Assembly: GCA_900315265.1 (NCBI GenBank)
Contig: OMYN01000002.1
Span: forward strand, 74,877 to 138,876
Source of the DNA: an uncultured Eubacteriales bacterium
GTDB lineage: Bacteria; Bacillota; Clostridia; Lachnospirales; Bianqueaceae
Length of the DNA: 64,000 nt
Reading direction: 5' to 3'
Program-made: the position numbers and the translations under genes
Shown: one piece after another, positions 1-9,107 of the stretch
Layout of the letters: each line of letters begins with the position of its first letter
Position numbering within the stretch: the first letter of the stretch is position 1
Notes under the pieces: model-generated
What the model saw: only the letters and a program-made list of their open reading frames with translations
Databases searched by the model: none
What the model was told of the DNA's origin: nothing

Positions 1-419
1 TTGTCATTGATCAGACCCATGACGCTGACCGCACCTGGCCGGATATCCAGCAGTTTGACCATCCATTCTTCCGGCGCGAAAGCCAGGCGGGACGACCCTA
101 CTTCTTTAGAGACCTGACTGGTGCGGAAGGTTTTTTCGCCCGGCATGATCAACAGATAGAAGTTTGTCTGCCGGTGGTTGCATAAAAACAGGTTTTTGGG
201 AATCACCGCTCCCAAAGCTTTCTCTGTCTGCCGGCATTCCTCCATGGTATAGACAGCTTTTCCAAGGTCTGTCTGCCAATACGGGATGCCCTGCCGGTCC
301 AGAAAATCATAGGTACGGATCTCCGTGTGGGCTCTGCCGATAAGATCGGCAGGCCGTCCCCGGACCACTCCGGTACCGACCCCGGCGATGCTGTCCCTTT
401 TGATATCTTCAATACTCAT
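1..419 (-). CDS. YbaK/ProX-type aminoacyl-tRNA editing domain protein (prolyl-tRNA synthetase-associated); 3' end runs off the window
   Basis: My own translation from ATG 419-417, with AAGGAG 8 nt upstream: MSIEDIKRDS..YDFLDRQGIPYWQTDLGKAVYTMEEC..KNLFLCNHRQTNFYLLIMPGEKTF..LAFAPEEWMVKLLDIRPGAVSVMGLIND. The frame is open to position 1. It is absent from the ORF track because there is no stop in the window. Confidence 0.7.
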   Translation of the reverse strand, partial: MSIEDIKRDSIAGVGTGVVRGRPADLIGRAHTEIRTYDFLDRQGIPYWQTDLGKAVYTMEECRQTEKALGAVIPKNLFLCNHRQTNFYLLIMPGEKTFRTSQVSKEVGSSRLAFAPEEWMVKLLDIRPGAVSVMGLIND

Positions 420-549
420 CCGCACAACTCCTTTAATGAAAAACGACCCGTAAGGACAAAATCTTCCATCGCTGCCTGCAGCTGATTGCGGCATCACGCT
501 CCCAGGTGGTATCATAAGGTACGTTTGTTTGACTAGAAGGAGGTTTGCC

Positions 550-1062
550 ATGACCATTGCCGCATTGATGGAAAAAATGATCGCGTTCACGTCTGCCGAT
601 AGTACCATCGTCCATCACGATGTCAATCACTTTATGAAAGTATGGGGGTTCGCTCGCACTATCGGGACTGCCGAGCAGTTGGACGAGACCGCCCAGTTCA
701 CCCTGGAAGCTGCCGCTATCCTGCACGACATTGCCTGTCCCCTGTGCCGGCGCAAATACGGCAGTGCGCCGGGCACCCTGCAGGAAAAAGAAGGCAAACC
801 TCTGGCTGAAGGATTTTTTAAAGACACCGATATCCCTAAGGCCATTCAGCAGCGCATCGTTTACATCGTTTCCCACCACCACACTTATACCGGGGTAGAT
901 GGGATCGACTACCAGATCATGCTGGAAGCCGACTTTCTGGTCAATGCCGATGAAGGACACGAAAGCACCCAGGGCATCCAGACCTTCGGCGATAAAGTCT
1001 TTAAAACACCCACCGGTATCCGTCTGCTGCACGATCTGTACGGCTATGTGCCCCGCAGCTGA
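550..1062 (+). CDS. HD-domain phosphohydrolase
   Basis: ORF 529..1062. ATG at 550 follows AGGAGG (537-542). H..HD motif (AAILHDIA) and SHHH downstream. It is 9 nt upstream of the MATE gene. Confidence 0.75.
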   Translation: MTIAALMEKMIAFTSADSTIVHHDVNHFMKVWGFARTIGTAEQLDETAQFTLEAAAILHDIACPLCRRKYGSAPGTLQEKEGKPLAEGFFKDTDIPKAIQQRIVYIVSHHHTYTGVDGIDYQIMLEADFLVNADEGHESTQGIQTFGDKVFKTPTGIRLLHDLYGYVPRS

Positions 1063-1071
1063 CGTTCTGCT

Positions 1072-2481
1072 ATGACCAAAGCTTCTAAAAAGGCAGAAAA
1101 CGCTGCTTTGAGCAGCAGGGGGACCCTGGACCTGACCCAGGGCAGCATTGTCAAAGGGCTGCTGGCTTTTTCGCTGCCCCTGATGGCGGGCAACCTGCTG
1201 CAGCAGTGCTACAACATCGCCGATACCCTGATCGTGGGCCGCTTTCTGGGCGACACCGCCCTGGCTGCCGTGGGCTCTGCCTACACCCTGATGATCCTGT
1301 TGAACTCCATCGTACTGGGTCTTTCCATGGGAGCCGGCGCTTACCTGTCCATCATGTTCGGCGCCAAAGACCGCCGCGCCTTCGACCAGGGCTTTTTCAT
1401 GTCTTTGACCTCCATCGGTCTTTTTACTCTGATCATGAACCTGGCCGTGGTCCTGGGCATTGACGGTCTTCTGCACTTCATGCAGGTTAATGAGGAAGTC
1501 TACCGGCCCATGCGCCGCTACACCTTGATTGTTTTTGCGGGCATCATGGCCACCTTCCTCTATAACTATTTTGCCAGTGTCTTACGGGCCATAGGCAACT
1601 CCCTGCTGCCCCTGATCCTGCTGGCCGTCTCTTCCCTGCTTAATATTGTCCTGGATCTTCTCTTTGTCGCTGTTTATCAGTGGGGGATAGAAGGTGCCGC
1701 CTGGGCCACGGTCATTTCGCAGTATGTGTCGGGGCTGGGTCTTACGGTCTACAGTTACCGGAAACTTCCCTATCTGCGTCTGTCCCGTAAAGACATGGTC
1801 TTTGAGAAAACCGCTTTGCGCCGGATCGCCCGTCTGGCTCTTCTGACAAGTCTGCAGCAGTCCATTATGAATTTCGGCATCCTTCTGGTGCAGGGGCGGG
1901 TCAATTCGTTCGGAACACAGGTAATGGCTGCGTTTGCGGCCTCGGTCAAGATCGATACCCTGGCTTACTCCCCCGTTCAGGATTTCGGCAATGCTTATTC
2001 GACCTTTGTCGCTCAAAACCACGGGGCCCAAAAAGACGACCGGATCCGCCTGGGGACCCGAAAATCAGCCCTGGCCGTGCTGGTCTTTTGTCTGATCATC
2101 AGCACCATCGTTTTCCTGTTCGGCCGCATCTTTCTTTCCTGCTTTACCAAAGACCCGGCTGTCATAACGATTGGTGTCCGGTACCTTCGCATCGAAGGGT
2201 CCTTTTACGCTCTGATCGGGTTTTTGTTCATGTTCTACGGCTATTTCCGGGCACTGGAGCGTCCCGGTATCTCCATCGTTCTGACGGTCATCTCCCTGGG
2301 GACCAGGGTCCTGTTAGCCTATGCCCTATCTGCCGTTCCTTCGATCGGCGTGACCGGTATCTGGATCAGCATCCCCATCGGCTGGGCTTTGGCAGATCTG
2401 GCCGGTCTTGTCTTTTACAATTCTTTGATGAAGACCATCTCTAAGGGCTGCCAGGGCAAAATCAGCGAACCACATTCCTGA
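1072..2481 (+). CDS. MATE family efflux transporter
   Basis: 469 aa, about 12 hydrophobic segments, typical MATE N-terminus (GSIVKGLLAFSLPLMAGNLLQQCYNIADTLIVGRFLG). Confidence 0.9.
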   Translation: MTKASKKAENAALSSRGTLDLTQGSIVKGLLAFSLPLMAGNLLQQCYNIADTLIVGRFLGDTALAAVGSAYTLMILLNSIVLGLSMGAGAYLSIMFGAKDRRAFDQGFFMSLTSIGLFTLIMNLAVVLGIDGLLHFMQVNEEVYRPMRRYTLIVFAGIMATFLYNYFASVLRAIGNSLLPLILLAVSSLLNIVLDLLFVAVYQWGIEGAAWATVISQYVSGLGLTVYSYRKLPYLRLSRKDMVFEKTALRRIARLALLTSLQQSIMNFGILLVQGRVNSFGTQVMAAFAASVKIDTLAYSPVQDFGNAYSTFVAQNHGAQKDDRIRLGTRKSALAVLVFCLIISTIVFLFGRIFLSCFTKDPAVITIGVRYLRIEGSFYALIGFLFMFYGYFRALERPGISIVLTVISLGTRVLLAYALSAVPSIGVTGIWISIPIGWALADLAGLVFYNSLMKTISKGCQGKISEPHS

Positions 2482-2816
2482 TAGCCGACGGCCCGGTAAA
2501 AATGCTGGCCAGGCTCATCAGACTGGGTCGAGGTCAGCACATAATGGTAACCCAGCCGGCCCATTTCTTTTTCCCAGAAATCGACCAGACGGCGGCCATT
2601 TCCCTGACGGCGGTAACCTTCTAACAGGTAGAGCATGTTCATAAACGGCAGCTCGTCCCAGAAAAAGCCATAGCGCAGCCAGCCGATAAAGGTTTGGTCC
2701 TGAAACATCAGCAGCACCCGCTTCTCTTTGATGCATTGCTGCAGCATGGCTGTGGGAATATGCCTTTCATACTGCTTAAGCATGTCAACATCTTCCGACC
2801 CTGCGTAGCGGATCAT
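2415..2816 (-). CDS. GNAT family N-acetyltransferase
   Basis: 133 aa with an acetyl-CoA binding motif (YRRQGNGRRL). Confidence 0.8.
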   Translation of the reverse strand: MIRYAGSEDVDMLKQYERHIPTAMLQQCIKEKRVLLMFQDQTFIGWLRYGFFWDELPFMNMLYLLEGYRRQGNGRRLVDFWEKEMGRLGYHYVLTSTQSDEPGQHFYRAVGYQECGSLILPWQPLEMVFIKEL

Positions 2817-2837
2817 GATTTGGTTCCTCCTCGAAAA

Positions 2838-3386
2838 TTAAAGCCAGTCCACACGGCCGCTTTCGATGTCATAGACCGCACCGACCGTTTTCATCCCGGA
2901 CAGTTCTTTATGTCCGGCAAAAGCTTTCTGAATGATGGCAACGTTTCGTTTCACATTCAGCTCGCTGGCTTTGCGGTCGTCTTTTTCACCGCCGATGGCT
3001 TTGGCGATTTCGTCTGTGATGCTTTTGATGTAGCCCTCGCTGCGCCCGGAAATGGCAGCCCCGACAGCTCCGCAGTGAGTGTGGCCCAGAACCACCGTCA
3101 AGGGAGTGCCCAAATGTGCGGCCGCGTACTCCACACTGCCCAGCTGGTGGTCATCCAGCACGTTGCCGGCCACCCGGATGGTAAAAAGCTCCCCGATGCC
3201 CGCTGAAAAGATCGCTTCCGGGATGACCCGCGAGTCCGAGCAGGCAATAATGATCGCATAGGGCTGCTGACCGCAGTCGGCCGTTTCCTTTCGGATAGCG
3301 GCCGAAATGTCGCCGGGATTGCTTAAAGCGGTCAAATATTCCTGATTGCCTTTTTTTAATTTAGCAAGACTTTCTTCTGCTGTCAT
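2838..3386 (-). CDS. beta-class carbonic anhydrase
   Basis: Zinc-ligand motifs CSDSRV and HTHCGAV. 182 aa. Confidence 0.9.
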   Translation of the reverse strand: MTAEESLAKLKKGNQEYLTALSNPGDISAAIRKETADCGQQPYAIIIACSDSRVIPEAIFSAGIGELFTIRVAGNVLDDHQLGSVEYAAAHLGTPLTVVLGHTHCGAVGAAISGRSEGYIKSITDEIAKAIGGEKDDRKASELNVKRNVAIIQKAFAGHKELSGMKTVGAVYDIESGRVDWL

Positions 3387-3440
3387 GATAGATAGCTCCT
3401 TCCTTTGCCTGTCATAATTTCAAACAAATTATAGCCACAC

Positions 3441-3470
3441 AAAAACCCCGGAACAAGAGATTCCGGGGTC
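3441..3470 (-). terminator. rho-independent terminator after the 6645-3561 operon
   Basis: Minus strand GACCCCGGAATCTCTTGTTCCGGGGTTTTT. Confidence 0.75.
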
Positions 3471-3560
3471 CTTTCAACGTAGGACGTATTAAATCAACGT
3501 TTGAGTCTGAATAAGCAGGCGAACCGGCAATTCAACTTCTGCCGTTCCTCTCAGAAAAAA

Positions 3561-4394
3561 TTATTTGCCGCTGAGCAATTTCAGAAAATCTTTTCCGTAG
3601 GTAGCGCCGCCGTCCGTCAGCACATCGACGCCGGCCAGGTAACCGTTGCGCTCATCGGCAACCGATGCGATGGCAAAACCTAGTTCTTCCGGCGTGCCCA
3701 TGCGATGCTCTGCTGCAAATTTGAGCAGGTAGCCGCCGTGTTCCTTTTCCGCATCACCCATACCGGTATCGATTAGTCCTGGGCTTAAAGATACGACACG
3801 GATCCCTTTGGGGCCCAGCTTAAAGGCGGAATACTGAGCGTACCAAACGACAAAGTTCTTGGAGATGGCATAGGCAAAGCCTGCCTTGCCGTATTCGTCT
3901 TTAGCGATCGAAGCCCGTTTGATGGTCTTCTTTAAAAATTCATCTTCATTGGTCATAGCCAGCGGATAAGCCTTCTTGGGAATCAGGATCTTAGGCAGCG
4001 AATAGGCCGAATTGGAAGCGATATCCTCGATGACAGACCCTTGGCCCATCAGCTTGGAAAATTCTTCGTTCATGTAAACCGTTCCCAAAGCGTTGACCCG
4101 AAGCAGTTTTTCCGGTCCCGCCATGGTGGGCGACATACCGGCTGAGTTGATGACCGTCGTGATGGTCCCCAGCGAAGCCGCGAAGGCTGCCAGTTCCTTT
4201 ACCGAATTTCTGTCAGACGTATCGCAGGCATGGGCGACCGCATCGATGCCGGCTTTCTTTAACTCGGCGACTGCATTCTCCAGCTTTGAAACCGTGCGGC
4301 CTGAAATAACGACTTTCTTCCTGGTCATAAACTTGGCTGCAGCCAGACCCATTCCCGAACCGCCGCCGGTAATGACGCAAACTTTTGTATCCAT
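3561..4394 (-). CDS. SDR family oxidoreductase
   Basis: ATG at 4394 follows AAGGAGGA. TGGGSGMG dinucleotide motif and YAISK (YxxxK) catalytic motif. Confidence 0.85.
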   Translation of the reverse strand: MDTKVCVITGGGSGMGLAAAKFMTRKKVVISGRTVSKLENAVAELKKAGIDAVAHACDTSDRNSVKELAAFAASLGTITTVINSAGMSPTMAGPEKLLRVNALGTVYMNEEFSKLMGQGSVIEDIASNSAYSLPKILIPKKAYPLAMTNEDEFLKKTIKRASIAKDEYGKAGFAYAISKNFVVWYAQYSAFKLGPKGIRVVSLSPGLIDTGMGDAEKEHGGYLLKFAAEHRMGTPEELGFAIASVADERNGYLAGVDVLTDGGATYGKDFLKLLSGK

Positions 4395-4434
4395 CCTGTC
4401 CTCCTTGTTGAGTGTAGGTATAAAATTCCGTCTG

Positions 4435-5172
4435 TTACTGCAGCGTATAGTCATTATTCTCCTTCAGCCACAGCTCCAGATCTGCCTTCTGCGACCGGGT
4501 AAGGCACAACTCAACGTTCTTCATGTCACTGAAATCAACGAAATGAACGGCATCCTCTTCCCTGGGCACGGTCAGCTTCTTGCGTTCTATCAGACGGTTT
4601 CTCAGAAAAGCCGGATCTGCCAAGATGCTGATCGTATAATCCGCATATTGCTTAAGATCCCGCCAGCCCGGAAGGTCCAGCAGCAGGTAATTGCCCTCCA
4701 GCAGTACAATATCCCCGTCCACACAGGCCGCATCCTCCCGGGGGTTGTGCTTTGCCCGGTCATATTCCGGCCATCCGCAGACCATTCCCGAAGCCGCCTT
4801 ACGGATCCGATCGGTCAGCCGTTCCAGATCAAAAGTCTCCGGCGCCCCTTTTACCTCCACTAACTTGATGGTCCTGCCGTCTTTTACTTCCATATGGGTC
4901 AGCAGCCAGTCCTGATAGTGGTGAAAACCGTCCATGCCGATGGACGTGACCTTAGGATAGCCCTCGATCGATCCGGCCAGATCCTTCAGAAAGTGTACCA
5001 GTGTCGTTTTACCTGCCGCCGGCGGTGCTGCCAGATAAACCAGGATCCGGCGTCCTTTATCCTTTTGAAGCTGCTGCAGATGTTTCAGAAGGGGCAGAAA
5101 AATATCCTGCACGCTTTGATCGCTGTAATCTGCTTCCGACGGGAACCCATTATTGATAAATGTATAATGCAT
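4435..5172 (-). CDS. P-loop nucleoside/nucleotide kinase family protein (uridine kinase/PRK-like)
   Basis: Walker A LAAPPAAGKTTL. 245 aa. GGAGAGG RBS 7 nt upstream of the ATG. Confidence 0.7.
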   Translation of the reverse strand: MHYTFINNGFPSEADYSDQSVQDIFLPLLKHLQQLQKDKGRRILVYLAAPPAAGKTTLVHFLKDLAGSIEGYPKVTSIGMDGFHHYQDWLLTHMEVKDGRTIKLVEVKGAPETFDLERLTDRIRKAASGMVCGWPEYDRAKHNPREDAACVDGDIVLLEGNYLLLDLPGWRDLKQYADYTISILADPAFLRNRLIERKKLTVPREEDAVHFVDFSDMKNVELCLTRSQKADLELWLKENNDYTLQ

Positions 5173-5222
5173 ATCCGATCCTCTCCATCTGCATGTGAAA
5201 AGTATAAAAGAAAACGAGCGGA

Positions 5223-6167
5223 TCAGAACAGGTCCAGCTCGTTGGTCAGATAGATCTTCTCCCTTACATTCAGCTGGTACTCCGGTTTGGTCATATAATA
5301 AAGGAGAAACTCCAAAATCAGCGCGCTGCCCAGGCCCCGCCCTTCTATCTTAAACTGAGAAAATCCCATGGGCAGGTAGACATTCTGAATATCCGCAAGG
5401 GAAATGAATCCGGGATTCTGCATGGCTTTTGAAAAGACATATCCTTCTGCCGCATCCGGTGACGGGCAAAGGTGGTCATAACGGCTGTCCCCGTCGATAC
5501 CCAGCGCTTTGGCGCTGACTGCCCGATAGCAGGCTTTACGGTCCGGGCAGGCAAACCAGCAGCATTCATTGACCAGAAACTCCGTTATATCTTTTTCCGC
5601 CTGCGTAAGAGCGGCCAGATCATCCATACGCTTGTTTAAACGAAAATCCGGCACTACATAGCGAAAGTCCGGCCGGTCCAGTTCCGCTTTAAAAGCGGAG
5701 AAATCTCGAATGACCTTGGTCGTGGACGAGACAAAGTAATCTTCGGGATAACGCGAATGGATATAGTCCAGCAGCAAGTCGGAATAGATGATGACGCCGA
5801 CCGGATCAAACATGCTTAGCAGACGATTGCAGCGCCTGTCGCTAAGATGCTCCGGCTTCAACAGGGAATTGCTGAAGGTCAGGCAAGCCGGGATTTGATA
5901 ACGATCCAGCAGAGCTTTGACCTCTTCCGGATCATTGTCTCCGTACCCGACCCGGCCGCCGCCCCAGATACAGTCGCCGGGTGCTCCGTAGATGGAGCCG
6001 ATCCGGCACCAGTCGTAGAACCAGTCACGGTGGCTGTAATACACGGGCAGAAAGACCTTGTAAAAATCGTAAAACTCGAACAAGCCCGGCAAGTGGAAAA
6101 AAGCTTCCCGTTTTTCAATTTCCCGCCTTTCTGCTTCCGGCTTTTGGGCTTTTTGCAGCGGCTGCAC
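5223..6167 (-). CDS. hypothetical Cys-cluster protein, possibly distantly U32-family-like
   Basis: 314 aa. GTG start at 6167 follows AGGAG and lies 1 nt after the stop of the upstream gene. Cys cluster ECCWFACPDRKAC..C. C-terminal FKIEGRG resembles the KIEGR segment of U32 proteins, recalled from memory only. Confidence 0.55.
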   Translation of the reverse strand: MQPLQKAQKPEAERREIEKREAFFHLPGLFEFYDFYKVFLPVYYSHRDWFYDWCRIGSIYGAPGDCIWGGGRVGYGDNDPEEVKALLDRYQIPACLTFSNSLLKPEHLSDRRCNRLLSMFDPVGVIIYSDLLLDYIHSRYPEDYFVSSTTKVIRDFSAFKAELDRPDFRYVVPDFRLNKRMDDLAALTQAEKDITEFLVNECCWFACPDRKACYRAVSAKALGIDGDSRYDHLCPSPDAAEGYVFSKAMQNPGFISLADIQNVYLPMGFSQFKIEGRGLGSALILEFLLYYMTKPEYQLNVREKIYLTNELDLF

Positions 6168-6168
6168 C

Positions 6169-6645
6169 TTACGACTCCTGCACTAACTTGCCGTTGATAT
6201 TTTCGATATCGACCGCAATGCAGAGGGTGCGGTGCAGATCTTTAGCGATTTCCTGGTCTGCATAGCCCACAGGGCAGGGGAATTTGCTGCACAGTTTGCG
6301 GGCGATGTCTTCCATCTTAGCAGGATCATCAATCAGCACTGCTTTGCCGAAGATGATGACGCTTTTTACATAATGCAGCCATTCGCCGGGATGCTGCACA
6401 TCCTGTCCGTAAACGCAAAAAGACACCTTAGGGTCGCGGCGCAGGGCGTCGATGTGGTAGCCGAAGTCAGCGCCGTGGAAATATAAGCGGTTGTCTTCCT
6501 GACTGTAATAAAAATTGATGGGAAAACCGTAGGGATAGCCGTCATCCCCCTGGACCGACAGGACTCCGCGGGTCTCCAGGGTTAAAAGGTTTCGGATCTC
6601 TTCCTGGGACAGAGCCTGCTTACCTCTTCTCATTTTTCTGAACAT
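6169..6645 (-). CDS. pyridoxamine 5'-phosphate oxidase-like (FMN-binding split-barrel, NimA-like) protein
   Basis: 158 aa. MFRKMRRGKQALSQEEIRNLL..RGVLSV.GDDGYPYGFPINF is typical of this family. Confidence 0.75.
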   Translation of the reverse strand: MFRKMRRGKQALSQEEIRNLLTLETRGVLSVQGDDGYPYGFPINFYYSQEDNRLYFHGADFGYHIDALRRDPKVSFCVYGQDVQHPGEWLHYVKSVIIFGKAVLIDDPAKMEDIARKLCSKFPCPVGYADQEIAKDLHRTLCIAVDIENINGKLVQES

Positions 6646-6723
6646 GGGACGCTCCTTTCTGCATGCACATTCCTTTTCGCATGCACGTTCTTTTGCTCGC
6701 GTTTGCTCACATACCGGCCAATA

Positions 6724-8409
6724 TTACACTTCCGGCACAAACTCAATGGATTTCAGGTCCAGACTTCCCTGTTTTCCTTGAATGCGAACGACCGCTTCCT
6801 GAGCGGGTTCAAGGGTCAGCACAGTCTTCTGTCCCTGCTCTGTCTTGTCAAAGCAGACCGATTCTTCCTGCGGACCGCAGCTGATTTCTGCTTCCGCTTC
6901 CTGTTGGCAACAATAGGTCACCCGGACAGCCGTCCTGGCTGTCAACTCGCGGACCGTATAACAAACAGAGTCGCCCTGGTCCAGGCGGACCAGGATATGG
7001 GTCATGTCCAGATACTTCTCTTTGTCCGGCCGCAGGTCATTGAGTCCGCCCTGATCCGGATACCGGTAGCCCTTTTCATAGGCAAAGTGAGTCCGGTCTT
7101 CACGGCGAAAACCGGTATATAAGGCATATTTCCACGTTCCCCTGTGCTCATGCTCCGGGTCGTAGCAGGCAGCCGGCACTTTGCAGCCGGTCCGGCGCAG
7201 CTCAAAGGCTGCCCGCGTTTTGTTGACCGTACAGTTCTTCCATTTAATAGCTTCCAGCAGCTGATCCAGTATGGTGACCGCTTCCTGATAATCCGGTTTA
7301 GCCGTCCCCTTATAGAAGTAATCCACCAACGGCTGCATGCCTTCCGGCATAGGATAGCCAAACAGCCAGGCCGCTCCCGTGCAGGTGTCTACGGTCTTAT
7401 GAGCCCGCACCGCATAGCCCATATGGTATTCCATGGCCATTTCAAAGGTGGCGGCCATCCACTGATCTCCTACATCGCTGCCGTCGTCGACCGAGCCTCC
7501 CGTCTCTCCGATCCAGACCGGGACATTGAGACGGTCCCGGGCTTCCAGCATGGGGCCGAACACCGACAGATCCGGAAGTTTCTCATATAAATGGACAACC
7601 ATGACCCAGTTGTGGCAAAGAGGATCGAAATCATGGTCGAATATCTCCAGCCGGTTGGCAAAACGGGTCCCCTGCAGGAAGATCATGTGGCGCGTATCGA
7701 TGGTGCGGATGGCGGCGATGCAGCGCTGGTAAAAGGCGGTCAGCTGAGGGATAAGGCCGTCAAAGAAAGGCAGAGAAATGGGCTCGTTCAAAAGCTCATA
7801 GCCCGCCACGATCCAGCGTCCCTGATAGCGCTCTGCCAGTTTTTTCCACAGCTCAATGGTCCGCTGCTGATTTTCCTGGCTCATAAACATGTAGGGACGG
7901 TTGGCCGGGCCGTCATCGCAGCTGACCCCGCTCTGGCCTCCGCAGGCACCGTGCATGTCAAGGATCACATACAATTTATATTTTTCGCACAGATCGATGA
8001 TATAGTCCAGGCGCTCGAACGTGTCCTGATGCCAGGTGTATCCGGGCCCTTCCTCAAGGAAAAGGCGCGCGGACAGTCCCAGGCGTACGCAGTTGAAGCC
8101 CAGCTCTTTGATCGACCGGATGTCGTCCTCGTCAAAATAGTTTTCGACCCATGCCTTTTGGAACCGATCGGCATAGGTCCTGCCGGCCAGCTCCTCTACT
8201 GCACTCAGCAGAGTCCGGCCCCGGTCCATAGGCATAGCCCGGACAAAGAGGCCCATATCGGTGCCGAACTGGGTCGTTCCCAGCATAAAACCTTCGTTGA
8301 CCATCCAATTGCCGATCCCCTGGCCTCGAAGCAGGATCTCGCTGCTCTCTTGGTCCCGGATGACGGGACCGTCCGTATGCAGCCAGGACTCTACTTTCTG
8401 AAATTCCAT
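6724..8409 (-). CDS. glycoside hydrolase family 5 protein, no signal peptide
   Basis: ATG at 8409 follows GGAGG. Acid/base motif LLNEP and nucleophile motif WIGETGG. About 200 aa of C-terminal extension. Confidence 0.8.
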   Translation of the reverse strand: MEFQKVESWLHTDGPVIRDQESSEILLRGQGIGNWMVNEGFMLGTTQFGTDMGLFVRAMPMDRGRTLLSAVEELAGRTYADRFQKAWVENYFDEDDIRSIKELGFNCVRLGLSARLFLEEGPGYTWHQDTFERLDYIIDLCEKYKLYVILDMHGACGGQSGVSCDDGPANRPYMFMSQENQQRTIELWKKLAERYQGRWIVAGYELLNEPISLPFFDGLIPQLTAFYQRCIAAIRTIDTRHMIFLQGTRFANRLEIFDHDFDPLCHNWVMVVHLYEKLPDLSVFGPMLEARDRLNVPVWIGETGGSVDDGSDVGDQWMAATFEMAMEYHMGYAVRAHKTVDTCTGAAWLFGYPMPEGMQPLVDYFYKGTAKPDYQEAVTILDQLLEAIKWKNCTVNKTRAAFELRRTGCKVPAACYDPEHEHRGTWKYALYTGFRREDRTHFAYEKGYRYPDQGGLNDLRPDKEKYLDMTHILVRLDQGDSVCYTVRELTARTAVRVTYCCQQEAEAEISCGPQEESVCFDKTEQGQKTVLTLEPAQEAVVRIQGKQGSLDLKSIEFVPEV

Positions 8410-8642
8410 CGCAGAACCTCCGGTTTTATACAAAGTTTTAAATAGCCTGATGATTCCCCAAACCACACCCTCGCAGACAGCTGTCAATATCCGGTGATAA
8501 CAGTTACTGTACCCCGTACGTTTGTACACGATAGGGCATAACGATGCTCGGGTTTTCCCATGGTGCTGCCCCACACCCATCCATATGCGACTTAAGCAAT
8601 CGCTGCCTGATATTCGCCCAGACTGCCGCTACCATCGTCCGT

Positions 8643-9095
8643 TTACTTCAGTTCCGTTGTCCAATTGGTTTCCTGAAGTGTATTATCCAACAGACGGATC
8701 TGTTTAGCGGTATCATCCGCCTTTTTACGCAGCTCTTTGACATCGACCGTCGTCAGGATTCGGATCTCGGTATTTCTGGCCCGGTACGTATTCTGTCCGG
8801 CAGTATCCGCAATTTCCCGGTAGCCTTGCAGTTTAATGGACAAGGCATCTTTTTGCGCGATCAGTTCGGTCAGCGTCTTGCCGTTTCGAATCGTATTGCA
8901 GTTAGTCAGATTAATACGTGCGATCAGGTCCGCCAGTTCCTCTACGTCTTTGTCATACTCCTGTAAAAGCTCTTGAGGATCCTCCGACGGCTTCTCCCCT
9001 TCCTGGGTCAATGCGCTGTCACGGATGCGGTTTTTTAACTCATCCAACTTCCGGCACAAATCCGCCCGCTGCTGCAATGCTTCCGCAAGTTTCAT
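8643..9095 (-). CDS. DIP1984 (septicolysin-like) family protein, function unknown
   Basis: 150 aa, helical. The MKLAEALQQRADL start is typical of the family as I recall it. Confidence 0.65.
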   Translation of the reverse strand: MKLAEALQQRADLCRKLDELKNRIRDSALTQEGEKPSEDPQELLQEYDKDVEELADLIARINLTNCNTIRNGKTLTELIAQKDALSIKLQGYREIADTAGQNTYRARNTEIRILTTVDVKELRKKADDTAKQIRLLDNTLQETNWTTELK

Positions 9096-9107
9096 TTTCT
9101 TCTCCTT

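Noticed and set aside
433-1476. 347-aa minus-strand ORF spanning the HD and MATE genes
   Set aside because: It overlaps two motif-supported plus-strand genes and crosses their intergenic RBS. It has no recognisable domain.
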